Shown piece after piece: positions 17,045-25,127 of a stretch of 30,417 nucleotides of DNA. The notes beneath the pieces were generated by a model. The model was given only the letters and a program-made list of their open reading frames with translations. It had not been told where the DNA came from and did not search any database. Made by a program: the position numbers and the translations under genes. Source of the stretch: Fibrobacterota bacterium (GTDB taxonomy: Bacteria > Fibrobacterota > Fibrobacteria > UBA11236); the NCBI GenBank assembly GCA_043753995.1, contig JAYUVP010000203.1, positions 1 through 30,417 of the forward strand, given 5' to 3'. Within the stretch, counting starts at the first letter, position 1; the number at the start of each line of letters is the position of its first letter.

Positions 17045-18077
17045 CTTCGCCTACTTCCCTATCAATGATGGCCGTAATTTGAAAACTCTTGTTACGGCCA
17101 ACTAATCCCACCTTACCTAGGAATTTCCCTTTTTCGCCAACCCTTAATAGCAATTCCGCTTCGGCAGGCTTTTCCAAAACGATGACGTCACCCATTTGCA
17201 ATTGCAGTAAATCTCGAACGGAAAGACTGGTTTCGCCTATGATGGCTGTCGTCGTCAATTCGGTGCTGGCCAATTCGCTTTCAATAAGGCGCCTTGTTTC
17301 TTGCGTAGTCGTCCTCTGTCCGGCAATCCAAGATTCACCACCGAGTTTGGTGATGACGGTTTCGAGCATGATATAGGGAAAGCACAAGGAAATCAGGCCG
17401 GAACCATGCTTCATTCGGACTTCCAAAGAAATCAAAATGACCGTTTCATTGGGTGGAGCGATTTGAACGAATTGCGCATTGGTTTCGTAGCTGTCTATGC
17501 GAGGTGTGAAAATCCCAACATGCTCCCAGGTTTCTTTCAGGTTCACCAGTGCCCTATCGACGATCTTGGTAAGCACGCTTTTTTCGATATCGGTCAATTC
17601 TCGATTATGCTCGGAAGGTTTGCCTTGGCCGCCGAAAAGTCGGTCGACAATGAAAAAAACCAAATTGGGATTCACCTCGATGATAGCTGCGCCTTCCAGC
17701 GGTTCCATTTGAAAGACATAGAGGCAACTGGGATTGGGCACCGACATCATGAATTCGGAATAGGTAAGCTGATCCACGGAGACAATGTCGATTTCCACCA
17801 GGGCACGCAAATAGGAACTCATGGTGGTAGCCAATAAGCGGGCATAGCCGTCATGCAAATTCTGCAAGGCCCGCATTTGATCTTTTGAAACGCGATCGGG
17901 CCGGCGAAAGTCATAGATAGAGACTTGCTTTTGTTCCGTCTGTTTCGCAGTTGAGGATTCCACCGGCGCTGTTGCCGAGGATTCAGGTTCAGGCGTGATG
18001 GTATCGGGCGTGAACTGGCCGGTAGAGACCGCGTTCAGCAGGGCATCGACTTCTTCCTGGGTGAGAATGTCGCTCAT
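17037..18077 (-). CDS. fliM: Motor switch protein FliM
   Basis: LTQEEVDALL, YDFRRPDRVSKDQMR, DRLFGGQG, RELTDIE. Confidence 0.96.
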   Translation of the reverse strand: MSDILTQEEVDALLNAVSTGQFTPDTITPEPESSATAPVESSTAKQTEQKQVSIYDFRRPDRVSKDQMRALQNLHDGYARLLATTMSSYLRALVEIDIVSVDQLTYSEFMMSVPNPSCLYVFQMEPLEGAAIIEVNPNLVFFIVDRLFGGQGKPSEHNRELTDIEKSVLTKIVDRALVNLKETWEHVGIFTPRIDSYETNAQFVQIAPPNETVILISLEVRMKHGSGLISLCFPYIMLETVITKLGGESWIAGQRTTTQETRRLIESELASTELTTTAIIGETSLSVRDLLQLQMGDVIVLEKPAEAELLLRVGEKGKFLGKVGLVGRNKSFQITAIIDREVGEDG

Positions 18078-18086
18078 AGAGGCCCG

Positions 18087-18725
18087 TTATTGCACAATAA
18101 ATTCGGTGAAAAAGACGTTTTTCAAATGACCATGTTCCGTGGGAAGTATCGCATTCACCTCGGCGATAATCGACTCTTTCAGTTTTTGCTTTCCCGCCGC
18201 CTTCAACAATTCGGCATAGGGTTGGCTGCTTAGGATATTGATGACGATATCGGATATTTTGGGCATGCGCTCCACAATGGCCAGGCCGAAAGGGTCGGTA
18301 GGTCCGGCTGCGGCGCCTCCACCATGCCCTCCACCTCCTGCTTCATGCTTTTCGCCTTCCAGGTGCACTATTTCCCATTCCAATTGCAAGGCGCATTTTA
18401 GATAATGGGTTTGCTCTGGAGTGGAACCAGAAATATTCACGGTGAAGGTAAGTGGCTTGGGCAGGGTCAGGCCGATTTTGGTCAATGCCTCGTGGGCCTT
18501 TTTGTCTTCTTCATCCTTCGCCTTATGATCTTCCACCGTCGTGTCTTTGGGCTTAAGCTTAGACACAATGAACATGGCGGCCCCGCCCATAATCAAAAGG
18601 TCTATGACCAGAATCGCAGCGACGATAATGACTTTTTTCTTGCCGGCCTTCGGCGCGGCGACATCCTTTCCTTCGGCGGCGGCTTCCTTCGCGGGTGCTT
18701 CGCCTTTGGCTTTTTCTTCGGACAT
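18087..18725 (-). CDS. fliL: Basal-body protein FliL
   Basis: KKK followed by a TM helix, FTVNI, C-terminal NVFFTEFIVQ. Confidence 0.9.
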   Translation of the reverse strand: MSEEKAKGEAPAKEAAAEGKDVAAPKAGKKKVIIVAAILVIDLLIMGGAAMFIVSKLKPKDTTVEDHKAKDEEDKKAHEALTKIGLTLPKPLTFTVNISGSTPEQTHYLKCALQLEWEIVHLEGEKHEAGGGGHGGGAAAGPTDPFGLAIVERMPKISDIVINILSSQPYAELLKAAGKQKLKESIIAEVNAILPTEHGHLKNVFFTEFIVQ

Positions 18726-18728
18726 TCT

Positions 18729-18977
18729 CTATGTCTCCTGCCGCGCCCTGTCTTCGAGTTCACGGCGACGGACCGCGGCGTCTCCGCTTAACGGTCCCAG
18801 GTAACATTGGTGTTTCCAGGACGCAACCTTATCCAGCACCAAGGCGACCTTTTCCCTGACCACGTATCGCCTGGCATTAGTCAGAAGAATGGTGGTATCA
18901 GGCGAGGATTCGATGGCCTCGATGAGATCCGCATTGAGCACCAGAGGCGTCCCGGATAGCCGCGTCACCTCAATCAT
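18729..18977 (-). CDS. flbD: FlbD/SwrD-family flagellar protein
   Basis: MIEVTRLSG...LNADLIEAIESSPDTTILLTN...YVVRE. Confidence 0.92.
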   Translation of the reverse strand: MIEVTRLSGTPLVLNADLIEAIESSPDTTILLTNARRYVVREKVALVLDKVASWKHQCYLGPLSGDAAVRRRELEDRARQET

Positions 18978-18982
18978 GCCTC

Positions 18983-19012
18983 ATTGTATCCTTGCCGATG
19001 AAGTGAATGCAA
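18983..19012 (-). promoter_or_regulatory. Putative internal sigma70 promoter for flbD-fliL onwards
   Basis: TTGCAT-N18-TACAAT ending 5 nt before the flbD ATG. Confidence 0.55.
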
Positions 19013-19032
19013 TCGCAGCCTCCATTTTCCAC

Positions 19033-19138
19033 GCGGTTCCCCGCCGCCTAATCTCGCGACTCGGCGGCGGGCGCCCGGACGTCATGCGTTTACGTCCGAG
19101 TGACCGCAGGAAGGTCCTAGCCAGGGTTTCCCTGTGGC
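19033..19138 (-). ncRNA. Candidate structured RNA downstream of flgE
   Basis: Hairpin CAGGG-AAA-CCCTG, then a three-way junction of GCGGT/ACCGC, CGGACGT/ACGTCCG and CCCGCCGCC/GGCGGCGGG; strand assumed from operon direction. Confidence 0.45.
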
Positions 19139-19147
19139 CTAATTTGT

Positions 19148-21310
19148 TCAACGTTTTAAGTTCACCAACTCTTCCAGGAGGGAATCGCTGACCGTAATCA
19201 CGCGGGCATTGGCCTGATAGCCGCGCTGGGTGGTGATCATGTCCGTGAATTCCTGCGCTAATTCCACGTTGGAAAGTTCCAGGGCACCTGGTTTGATATT
19301 GCTCGAACTTTGGCTACCCGGGATGCCATAAATGGGGTCGCCGCTATTGGAAGAGGTGGTATACACCGAATCCTTCACTTTTTGCAAACCGCCGGGATTG
19401 GTGAAATCCACAACCATGATTTGCGCCAAATCCTTAGAGGTTCCGTTAGTGAAGGCACCGGTAATGACGCCGTCTTCGCCGATGGAAATATTCCGCAAAC
19501 GTCCCATGGTATAGCCGTCCTGACTGACGGCGGCAGCGGTTGTGGGTGACCGGAATTGGGTGAGTCCGGTGAAATCCTTGGCACCACCGACATCGAGATT
19601 GACACGGACATTGCGCGAACCATTGCCCGGATCGAATTCGAGATTTGAACTTCCGTCATCAAAGCTGAAGGCGCTGACCGAGCCATCCTGGCCAAAGGTG
19701 AGGGTTCCCTTTCGACCCGCAGTGATGGATTCTTGGCGACCTAGGCTGACATCCCAAAGCCATTCACTTGGCCGATTCGTCGGTGTGAATCGCATGGTTG
19801 CTGTGTGCTCGGCTCCCTGTTCGTCGAAAATCGTGATGCTGGTTTCAGCCACGGCGCTGTCCGTGGCGGCACGAATTGACGTCGTCGTCATATTGGCGGC
19901 GAAATTGTTAGGTGAGGGAGACGAATTGTTGGCATTGCTTGCGCCTACTACCACGTTGGAAAGGGCAAAGGAAGTCTCCGGCATGCCGCGTATGACGATG
20001 GACCCGTCTGGAATATTATCCTCCGAACCGGCGATATTCATACCGACGGAAAGGTTGGCTGCAGGAGTGCCGTCGTAGGTGGGGAGCTTGAAGCTGTCTT
20101 TGATGAGGTCGAGCAATTCGCGCAGGGTTGTTGCGTTTGCGCCGGTGGCATAGGTGACTGGCGTTATGGGTGTAATGGTTTCACCACCAATATTGCCGGT
20201 CACGGAAAGGAGATCACCATCCTCCAGTCCCAGGCTACGGCCACTGGCGTCGAATAGATCTTCCAGGCGGTCTGAAGTGGCGGCTGTATTACCGGCTATT
20301 GCTGGAGCCCGCATGGTGTCGGTGGTGATTTGCATCGGCGCCGTGCCTCCCGGAATGGTGGAAGGAAAGGCAAAGGCCTTGGTGATTTTTGGGCTACTAA
20401 TGGGGCGATCCGAAGTGATTTGCAAATTGTTAATGCCCGCGGTGCTTTGGGAAACCGTCAATGCACCTCGCAAGGTGGCACTGTCCGTGCGTGTCACGAC
20501 ATCAACGGCCGTGTTAATGCCTGCGCCAACGGCAAGGCTACGCAAAAAGGCTTGCAAGGAACTGGCTAAATCACCCATGGTACTAGTGCTTGTGACTTGG
20601 AAAGTCTGATTCACATCGGTGCCGCCCACATTGGTTGCAAAGGTGAGCAAATCACCTTCTTTCATGCCCAATTCCTCGCCATTACTGTCGGATAAAGCAG
20701 TCAAAAGAGAGGTGCCTTGGGCATTGTTCAGGTACTTTTGAGTGGTGAGGACGGTGCCTTTGGCATAAGAGTCCGAATCAAGATTGCGGGCATACTTCAC
20801 TTCCGTGGTCCCTTTGGCGGGCGACTGATCATTAAAAGGCACGCGAATATTGTCTATGGGAGTTCCCGGCTGGAATATGCCCTGCGAATCCGCTAGCTTA
20901 CCTTGCAAGACCATGCCATTAGTAGGAAGCACCATATTACCGGTAGAATCGAATTGAAAGGCGCCATTGCGGCTATAATAAGTGCCCATGCCATCCGAAA
21001 CGGCAAAATAGGCCTTACCCTCTATGCTCAAATCCGTGATTTGCCCGGTAGACTCCAAACTGCCCTGAGTCATTCGGGTATCTATGGATCCGATATTCAT
21101 ACCCAGCCCGACTTGCATGGGATTGCGGCCACCTCCATCCCCCGGCGGTCGACTGCTTCCCGAGAGCAGCTGGGTCATGGATTCGGCAAAGGTCACGCGC
21201 GAACCTTTATAGCCCACCGTGTTGACGTTGGCGATATTATTGCCGATCACGTCCATGCGAGTTTGATGATTTCTCAAACCCGATATGCTGGAATAAAGCG
21301 AACGTAACAT
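19148..21310 (-). CDS. flgE: Flagellar hook protein FlgE (long form, 720 aa)
   Basis: MLRSLYSSISGL, IGNNIANVNTVGYK, LELSNVELAQEFTDMITTQRGYQANARVI; SD AAGGAG. Confidence 0.96.
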   Translation of the reverse strand: MLRSLYSSISGLRNHQTRMDVIGNNIANVNTVGYKGSRVTFAESMTQLLSGSSRPPGDGGGRNPMQVGLGMNIGSIDTRMTQGSLESTGQITDLSIEGKAYFAVSDGMGTYYSRNGAFQFDSTGNMVLPTNGMVLQGKLADSQGIFQPGTPIDNIRVPFNDQSPAKGTTEVKYARNLDSDSYAKGTVLTTQKYLNNAQGTSLLTALSDSNGEELGMKEGDLLTFATNVGGTDVNQTFQVTSTSTMGDLASSLQAFLRSLAVGAGINTAVDVVTRTDSATLRGALTVSQSTAGINNLQITSDRPISSPKITKAFAFPSTIPGGTAPMQITTDTMRAPAIAGNTAATSDRLEDLFDASGRSLGLEDGDLLSVTGNIGGETITPITPVTYATGANATTLRELLDLIKDSFKLPTYDGTPAANLSVGMNIAGSEDNIPDGSIVIRGMPETSFALSNVVVGASNANNSSPSPNNFAANMTTTSIRAATDSAVAETSITIFDEQGAEHTATMRFTPTNRPSEWLWDVSLGRQESITAGRKGTLTFGQDGSVSAFSFDDGSSNLEFDPGNGSRNVRVNLDVGGAKDFTGLTQFRSPTTAAAVSQDGYTMGRLRNISIGEDGVITGAFTNGTSKDLAQIMVVDFTNPGGLQKVKDSVYTTSSNSGDPIYGIPGSQSSSNIKPGALELSNVELAQEFTDMITTQRGYQANARVITVSDSLLEELVNLKR

Positions 21311-21340
21311 AGCGTGCTCCTTGCTTGACTTTCTGAATAC

Positions 21341-22192
21341 TTAAGGTTTGCTGGTGGCTTCGGCGAGTAAGCTGGCCACTTTTTCGAAGGGGACTTCTTG
21401 ACCGCCTATGGTCAAGCGCGTCCCACCCGTGGAGTAGTCGATGGCTGTCACTCTATCTTCGAGATAGGCATAACCGATATCGGTGGTTAAATCCGAGGCC
21501 GTGACGACATGAATATTATAGGTGCCCTTACCCGCGGACGAACCGTCCATTTTTGCTCCGCTCCACGCCAATTCCTTATCCCCCCCGCCTTTCACATCGA
21601 CGAAGTGGATGGCTTTTTCATTGGAGTCGGATATGGCAACCAAAACGTCCTTGCCCAGAGGGGAATGAACCTGGAATGTCAGTGGCTTTTTCTTGGCAGG
21701 ATCCCAATCGACCGTATCCAATTTAACGCGGGCCTGCTTGCCAATCAGCGAAACTGCGGTGGCTTGGGTCATGGTGCCGGCGCTCTGCTTTTGCATGTCA
21801 ATCATGCCTTGCAGATTGGTATTGAGATTGTCCACCGACTCACCGATATTTTGCGTCCCTTCCAGGGAGGAGAACTGAGCGAGCTGCGCCACGAATTCGG
21901 TGTTTTCGGTTGGCGACAGGGGATCTTGGTATTTGAGTTGGGTCACCAGGAGATTCAGAAAATCTTGCTTGCCGAGTTTTTTGGAAGCGGCATCGAAAAT
22001 CTTTTTGTCACCCTCAGATTGAACCGTGCTTTCCAGGGTGCCATTTTTGGTGTCTATATTCGCCGAGACTTCACGCTTTTCCATTTGTTTATTGAATAGA
22101 TTGGCGATATCCTGCATAACCGGTGTCGAAGCCTTGGTCGTCACCCCTGTATTCGATAATGGACTTTGGCCTATGCCGGGTGTGGTGCTCAT
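21341..22192 (-). CDS. flgD: Hook-capping protein FlgD
   Basis: LGKQDFLNLLVTQLKYQDPLSP, EFVAQLAQFSSLE, AVSLIGK, Ig-like domain. Confidence 0.95.
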   Translation of the reverse strand: MSTTPGIGQSPLSNTGVTTKASTPVMQDIANLFNKQMEKREVSANIDTKNGTLESTVQSEGDKKIFDAASKKLGKQDFLNLLVTQLKYQDPLSPTENTEFVAQLAQFSSLEGTQNIGESVDNLNTNLQGMIDMQKQSAGTMTQATAVSLIGKQARVKLDTVDWDPAKKKPLTFQVHSPLGKDVLVAISDSNEKAIHFVDVKGGGDKELAWSGAKMDGSSAGKGTYNIHVVTASDLTTDIGYAYLEDRVTAIDYSTGGTRLTIGGQEVPFEKVASLLAEATSKP

Positions 22193-22202
22193 ATTCTATT
22201 CC

Positions 22203-24227
22203 TCAGGCTACGATTTCCAAGGTGTTATATCCCATCCAGCGAATGGCGGCGGTCTCTTGCGGATGGGTCAATTCCTCTTCCTGGGAAGCGGCATTCGCTC
22301 CGCCTTCCTGTCGATGCCGGAAAAATTGCTGGCTGTCTTTACCGTCCGGGTTGAATAAGCCCGCGTGCCGATCTTCTACGGTTACTGAAAGGTTTTCAAT
22401 TTTGAAACCGTGTTGGCCCAGGCTATCTCGTAATTGCTGTAACCCTTGGTCCACAGCCTGTTTCGCGGCTTCGCTTTGCACGTGAATTTTGGCATTGACC
22501 GAACCCTCGCGCATTTCCAGCGAAACATGAACCTTGCCTAGGTGCTCGGGCATAAGCTGTAAATGGATTTCATCCTGGCCTTGACGCCAGAGAGTGGCAG
22601 CCTTGCTATCGATTTCGCGCCGCAAGAAATTCTGCAAATCGTGCAAGCTTGCCGTAGTGCTGAGGCTGTCCTTAGGTACGGTCAACGGGGCCTCGGTGAC
22701 AAAGGAAGTGGCCCCATTATTTTGCTGCGATGGATTCCATCGTCCTTGCGATGCATTCAAGGCTTGAAGTGGGTTCTCGTTTTGACCCTGAGGCGGTTGT
22801 TGATCCGAGCTTGAATTTCCTTGGCCATTACCGGACGTAGATGAAGCCAGGGACGGCGACAAAGAGGATAGACTTGGGCCCTCCTTCTCCACTTCCGGAT
22901 TTAGGGCCGTGGCTTCGGAAACGTCCTCTTCGGTATTTTCTTGGGTTGCGATTTTAGCATGAAAAAGTCGTAGAGCCTCGGGATGAAGTGGCGGGCCTGA
23001 GGGAAGATTGACGTCGACCTTTTCTTGGGTTTCCGTGACTTGTGTCATGACTTTGTTTGATAAAGGCATGACCTTGGGCTCAATGGGGAGACGCGGATCT
23101 TGAATTGGACTTTCGCTTTTGGCCGTCGGGGACGTGTCCCTTTTTTCGGAAATGGGAATAGGGGTTTTATCCGAAATCGGTTTCTGTTCCACGGTCGAAG
23201 GGTTTTGGATTAAATCTTCTCCCCCCGTAGGCACCTTTTCTCCTCCGGATTTCACCGGTTTTTCTAATAAATTCGCATCAGCGAGCAGGGGAGGGTTTAC
23301 CGAGGACTCGGGGTCTTCCGTCTGAGTTAGACCTTCGACGTCGATTTCATTCTCTTTGGTTTTGCCTTCGACGAAAATTCTAGGCAATGCTTCGCCTTGA
23401 TCTGGGGATGGCGTCATGCCCTCACTTTTTTTCGCCCAGGGTTCAAGGCTTTCTCCAACTTCTATGGCGACTTCCATTTCTGGTTCGGTATTCAAAGGAG
23501 CCTCCAGAAAGGCCTCCGCTAGGGTACCCGCCCATTCCGATGCCGGAATATCGGAAAGGACAAGGGGTGGGGCCAAGTATTCTTCCACCGTAATTATCTC
23601 GTCCGATTCATCCTCAGGTATGTTTTGGTTGCCTTGAGGGGTTTGTTCTTCGGTAGGAATATTATCGGAAGCGCTAGACTGAATTGTGTCGGTGGCAGGT
23701 GTTTGGTTTTTGTCCGAATCAGGATTTTTGTCTGAAGTATCCTCGGCTTTGGGAGAATTCTTCGTCGTTGTTTTTGGGTTTGGGTTTGAGTTTAGATCCT
23801 GAGCCTGGCGGGAAACATCTTCTTCTACGTCTTCTTTTACGGAATGTTCTTGGCGGCGCGCTTGTTTCGGACGATTGGCTTTGGCTATAGCCGGCTTAGC
23901 CTCAAGGTCGGCACGGGGGGTAGATTCATTTTCCTTACGCGGAAGCTTGAATGAATGGCTTTCGGGCTTGGAGTTCGATGCGGGACTGGACTCAGGTGCA
24001 CGTGATAGGGCGTGATGATCTTTAGCCGGTGTCACCGGCAAATCCGCCGCTTTGAAGTCGTGCTTGGGATGGTTTTTCTTTTGTACGGCTTGTTGCAAAT
24101 TGCTTTCGAAGCCTTGCTTCGGGGAGTATGGCGGGGTTGCGCGGAGGTCTCGCCCATTTCCTGAGGCTAAATCGATCAGGGAGGCTTGAGCCTTTTCGGT
24201 ATTAGCGCTTAAACGCATTGAGCTCAT
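22203..24227 (-). CDS. fliK: Hook-length control protein FliK
   Basis: Long P/E/S-rich disordered region and C-terminal IHLQLMPEHLGKVHVSL...LQQLRDSLGQHG; precedes flgD. Confidence 0.9.
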   Translation of the reverse strand: MSSMRLSANTEKAQASLIDLASGNGRDLRATPPYSPKQGFESNLQQAVQKKNHPKHDFKAADLPVTPAKDHHALSRAPESSPASNSKPESHSFKLPRKENESTPRADLEAKPAIAKANRPKQARRQEHSVKEDVEEDVSRQAQDLNSNPNPKTTTKNSPKAEDTSDKNPDSDKNQTPATDTIQSSASDNIPTEEQTPQGNQNIPEDESDEIITVEEYLAPPLVLSDIPASEWAGTLAEAFLEAPLNTEPEMEVAIEVGESLEPWAKKSEGMTPSPDQGEALPRIFVEGKTKENEIDVEGLTQTEDPESSVNPPLLADANLLEKPVKSGGEKVPTGGEDLIQNPSTVEQKPISDKTPIPISEKRDTSPTAKSESPIQDPRLPIEPKVMPLSNKVMTQVTETQEKVDVNLPSGPPLHPEALRLFHAKIATQENTEEDVSEATALNPEVEKEGPSLSSLSPSLASSTSGNGQGNSSSDQQPPQGQNENPLQALNASQGRWNPSQQNNGATSFVTEAPLTVPKDSLSTTASLHDLQNFLRREIDSKAATLWRQGQDEIHLQLMPEHLGKVHVSLEMREGSVNAKIHVQSEAAKQAVDQGLQQLRDSLGQHGFKIENLSVTVEDRHAGLFNPDGKDSQQFFRHRQEGGANAASQEEELTHPQETAAIRWMGYNTLEIVA

Positions 24228-24928
24228 GCCTTGGCCTTTGCTTGCGGGGCTTTGGTTTTTTCGCTGTCGCCAGGATTGGAGGACGCCGGCGTGGCGCCTT
24301 CCGACGGGGGATTATTCGGGCGGGGGGGCGGAGATTGCATGGATCCCCCTGGACCGCGTCCCATCATTTCCGTGATATGCGCGGCGCGACGAACATCTAA
24401 TCCGGCAATGGCCGCCATCAATTTCGAGGTGGAGCGAGCTTCGGGGATTTTCTTGAGTATGCGCACCACCAGGGAATCTTTGAGCGATAGGAGAATGGGC
24501 GCGGCATCATCGGGTTTCATGGCACCATAGACTTCGGCCAAGCCGAGGATTTGTTTGTCTTGCAGATTGGTGTTTTGCAGGACGAGTTCTTCGATGCGGC
24601 GGCGGTGTCCGAGAATTTCCTCTTTTTCCCGGCTCATTTCGAGTTTCAGATTTTCAAGGCGTTCCGTTTCGCGCGCCACTTCGGCTTCTTGGGTCGTGAG
24701 CACGGCCTCTTTCGCCGTCAAAGCCTTATACGCTTTTAATTGCTTGGCTTCGCTTTCATCCTGTTGCGTGGCTTCGGCCGCGATCAGGGATTCTCGTAGT
24801 TTCTCTTTTTCTTTGGCGTCGCCGAATTCCAAATGCACGACCCCGGTCATGATCATCACCCCGAGCAGCAAAACGGGAAAGATGAAAATGCTGATGAGGG
24901 ATATGCCGAGTAAGTCTTTGAGTTGCAT
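24224..24928 (-). CDS. MotE/YlxF/FlbB-like flagellar protein (TM, coiled coil, MgtE-N-like domain)
   Basis: LAEVYGAMKPDDAAPIL...VRILKKI; ATGA overlap with fliK. Confidence 0.8.
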   Translation of the reverse strand: MQLKDLLGISLISIFIFPVLLLGVMIMTGVVHLEFGDAKEKEKLRESLIAAEATQQDESEAKQLKAYKALTAKEAVLTTQEAEVARETERLENLKLEMSREKEEILGHRRRIEELVLQNTNLQDKQILGLAEVYGAMKPDDAAPILLSLKDSLVVRILKKIPEARSTSKLMAAIAGLDVRRAAHITEMMGRGPGGSMQSPPPRPNNPPSEGATPASSNPGDSEKTKAPQAKAKA

Positions 24929-24954
24929 GGTGCGATTCTCTGGTCAGTGAGAAC

Positions 24955-24969
24955 GCAAGGCCCATGCCA
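24955..24969 (-). promoter_or_regulatory. Sigma54 promoter of the hook operon
   Basis: TGGCATG-GGCC-TTGC, one mismatch to consensus TGGCACG-N4-TTGC, 26 nt upstream of the ATG. Confidence 0.85.
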
Positions 24970-25011
24970 GGCCCGAACTGAATCAATTTCCTAGCCTGAG
25001 CCTCTCAACGG

Positions 25012-25056
25012 GGCAAAGGTTGCAGTCAAAATACGGGGAGGAAGGCAAGAATTGCC
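25012..25056. promoter_or_regulatory. Two putative enhancer-binding-protein sites, GGCAA-N3-TTGC(A/C)
   Basis: GGCAAaggTTGCA (25012-25024) and GGCAAgaaTTGCC (25044-25056), 32 bp apart, upstream of the sigma54 promoter. Confidence 0.55.
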
Positions 25057-25097
25057 TCCCCCGTTTCCGGAAAGGGAGGCGCAGAAGTCGACCTGGT

Positions 25098-25119
25098 TTC
25101 GCGGCCTAATGACCGCGAA
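25098..25119 (-). terminator. Hairpin immediately after the DUF1015 gene
   Basis: TTCGCGGTC-ATTA-GGCCGCGAA on the minus strand; the T-tract is only on the plus-strand side. Confidence 0.45.
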
Positions 25120-25127
25120 TTTTTTGC

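Noticed and set aside
18974..19001. Second antisense sigma28 site (GCCGATGA); GCCGATAA also at 323-330 and 15464-15471
   Set aside because: No TAAA-like -35 at 15-16 nt for any of them
20778..20827. Spirochete-type lysinoalanine cross-link site in FlgE
   Set aside because: The segment QSPAKGTTEVKYARNLD aligns by eye with the Treponema K...ACNLD region, but has Gln and Arg at the reactive Lys and Cys positions
25044..25110. GEMM-like words (GGCAA, GAAA, GCGCA, GGCCTAA) on the plus strand
   Set aside because: Wrong strand for all neighbouring genes and spacing does not fit; better explained by enhancer palindromes and hairpins
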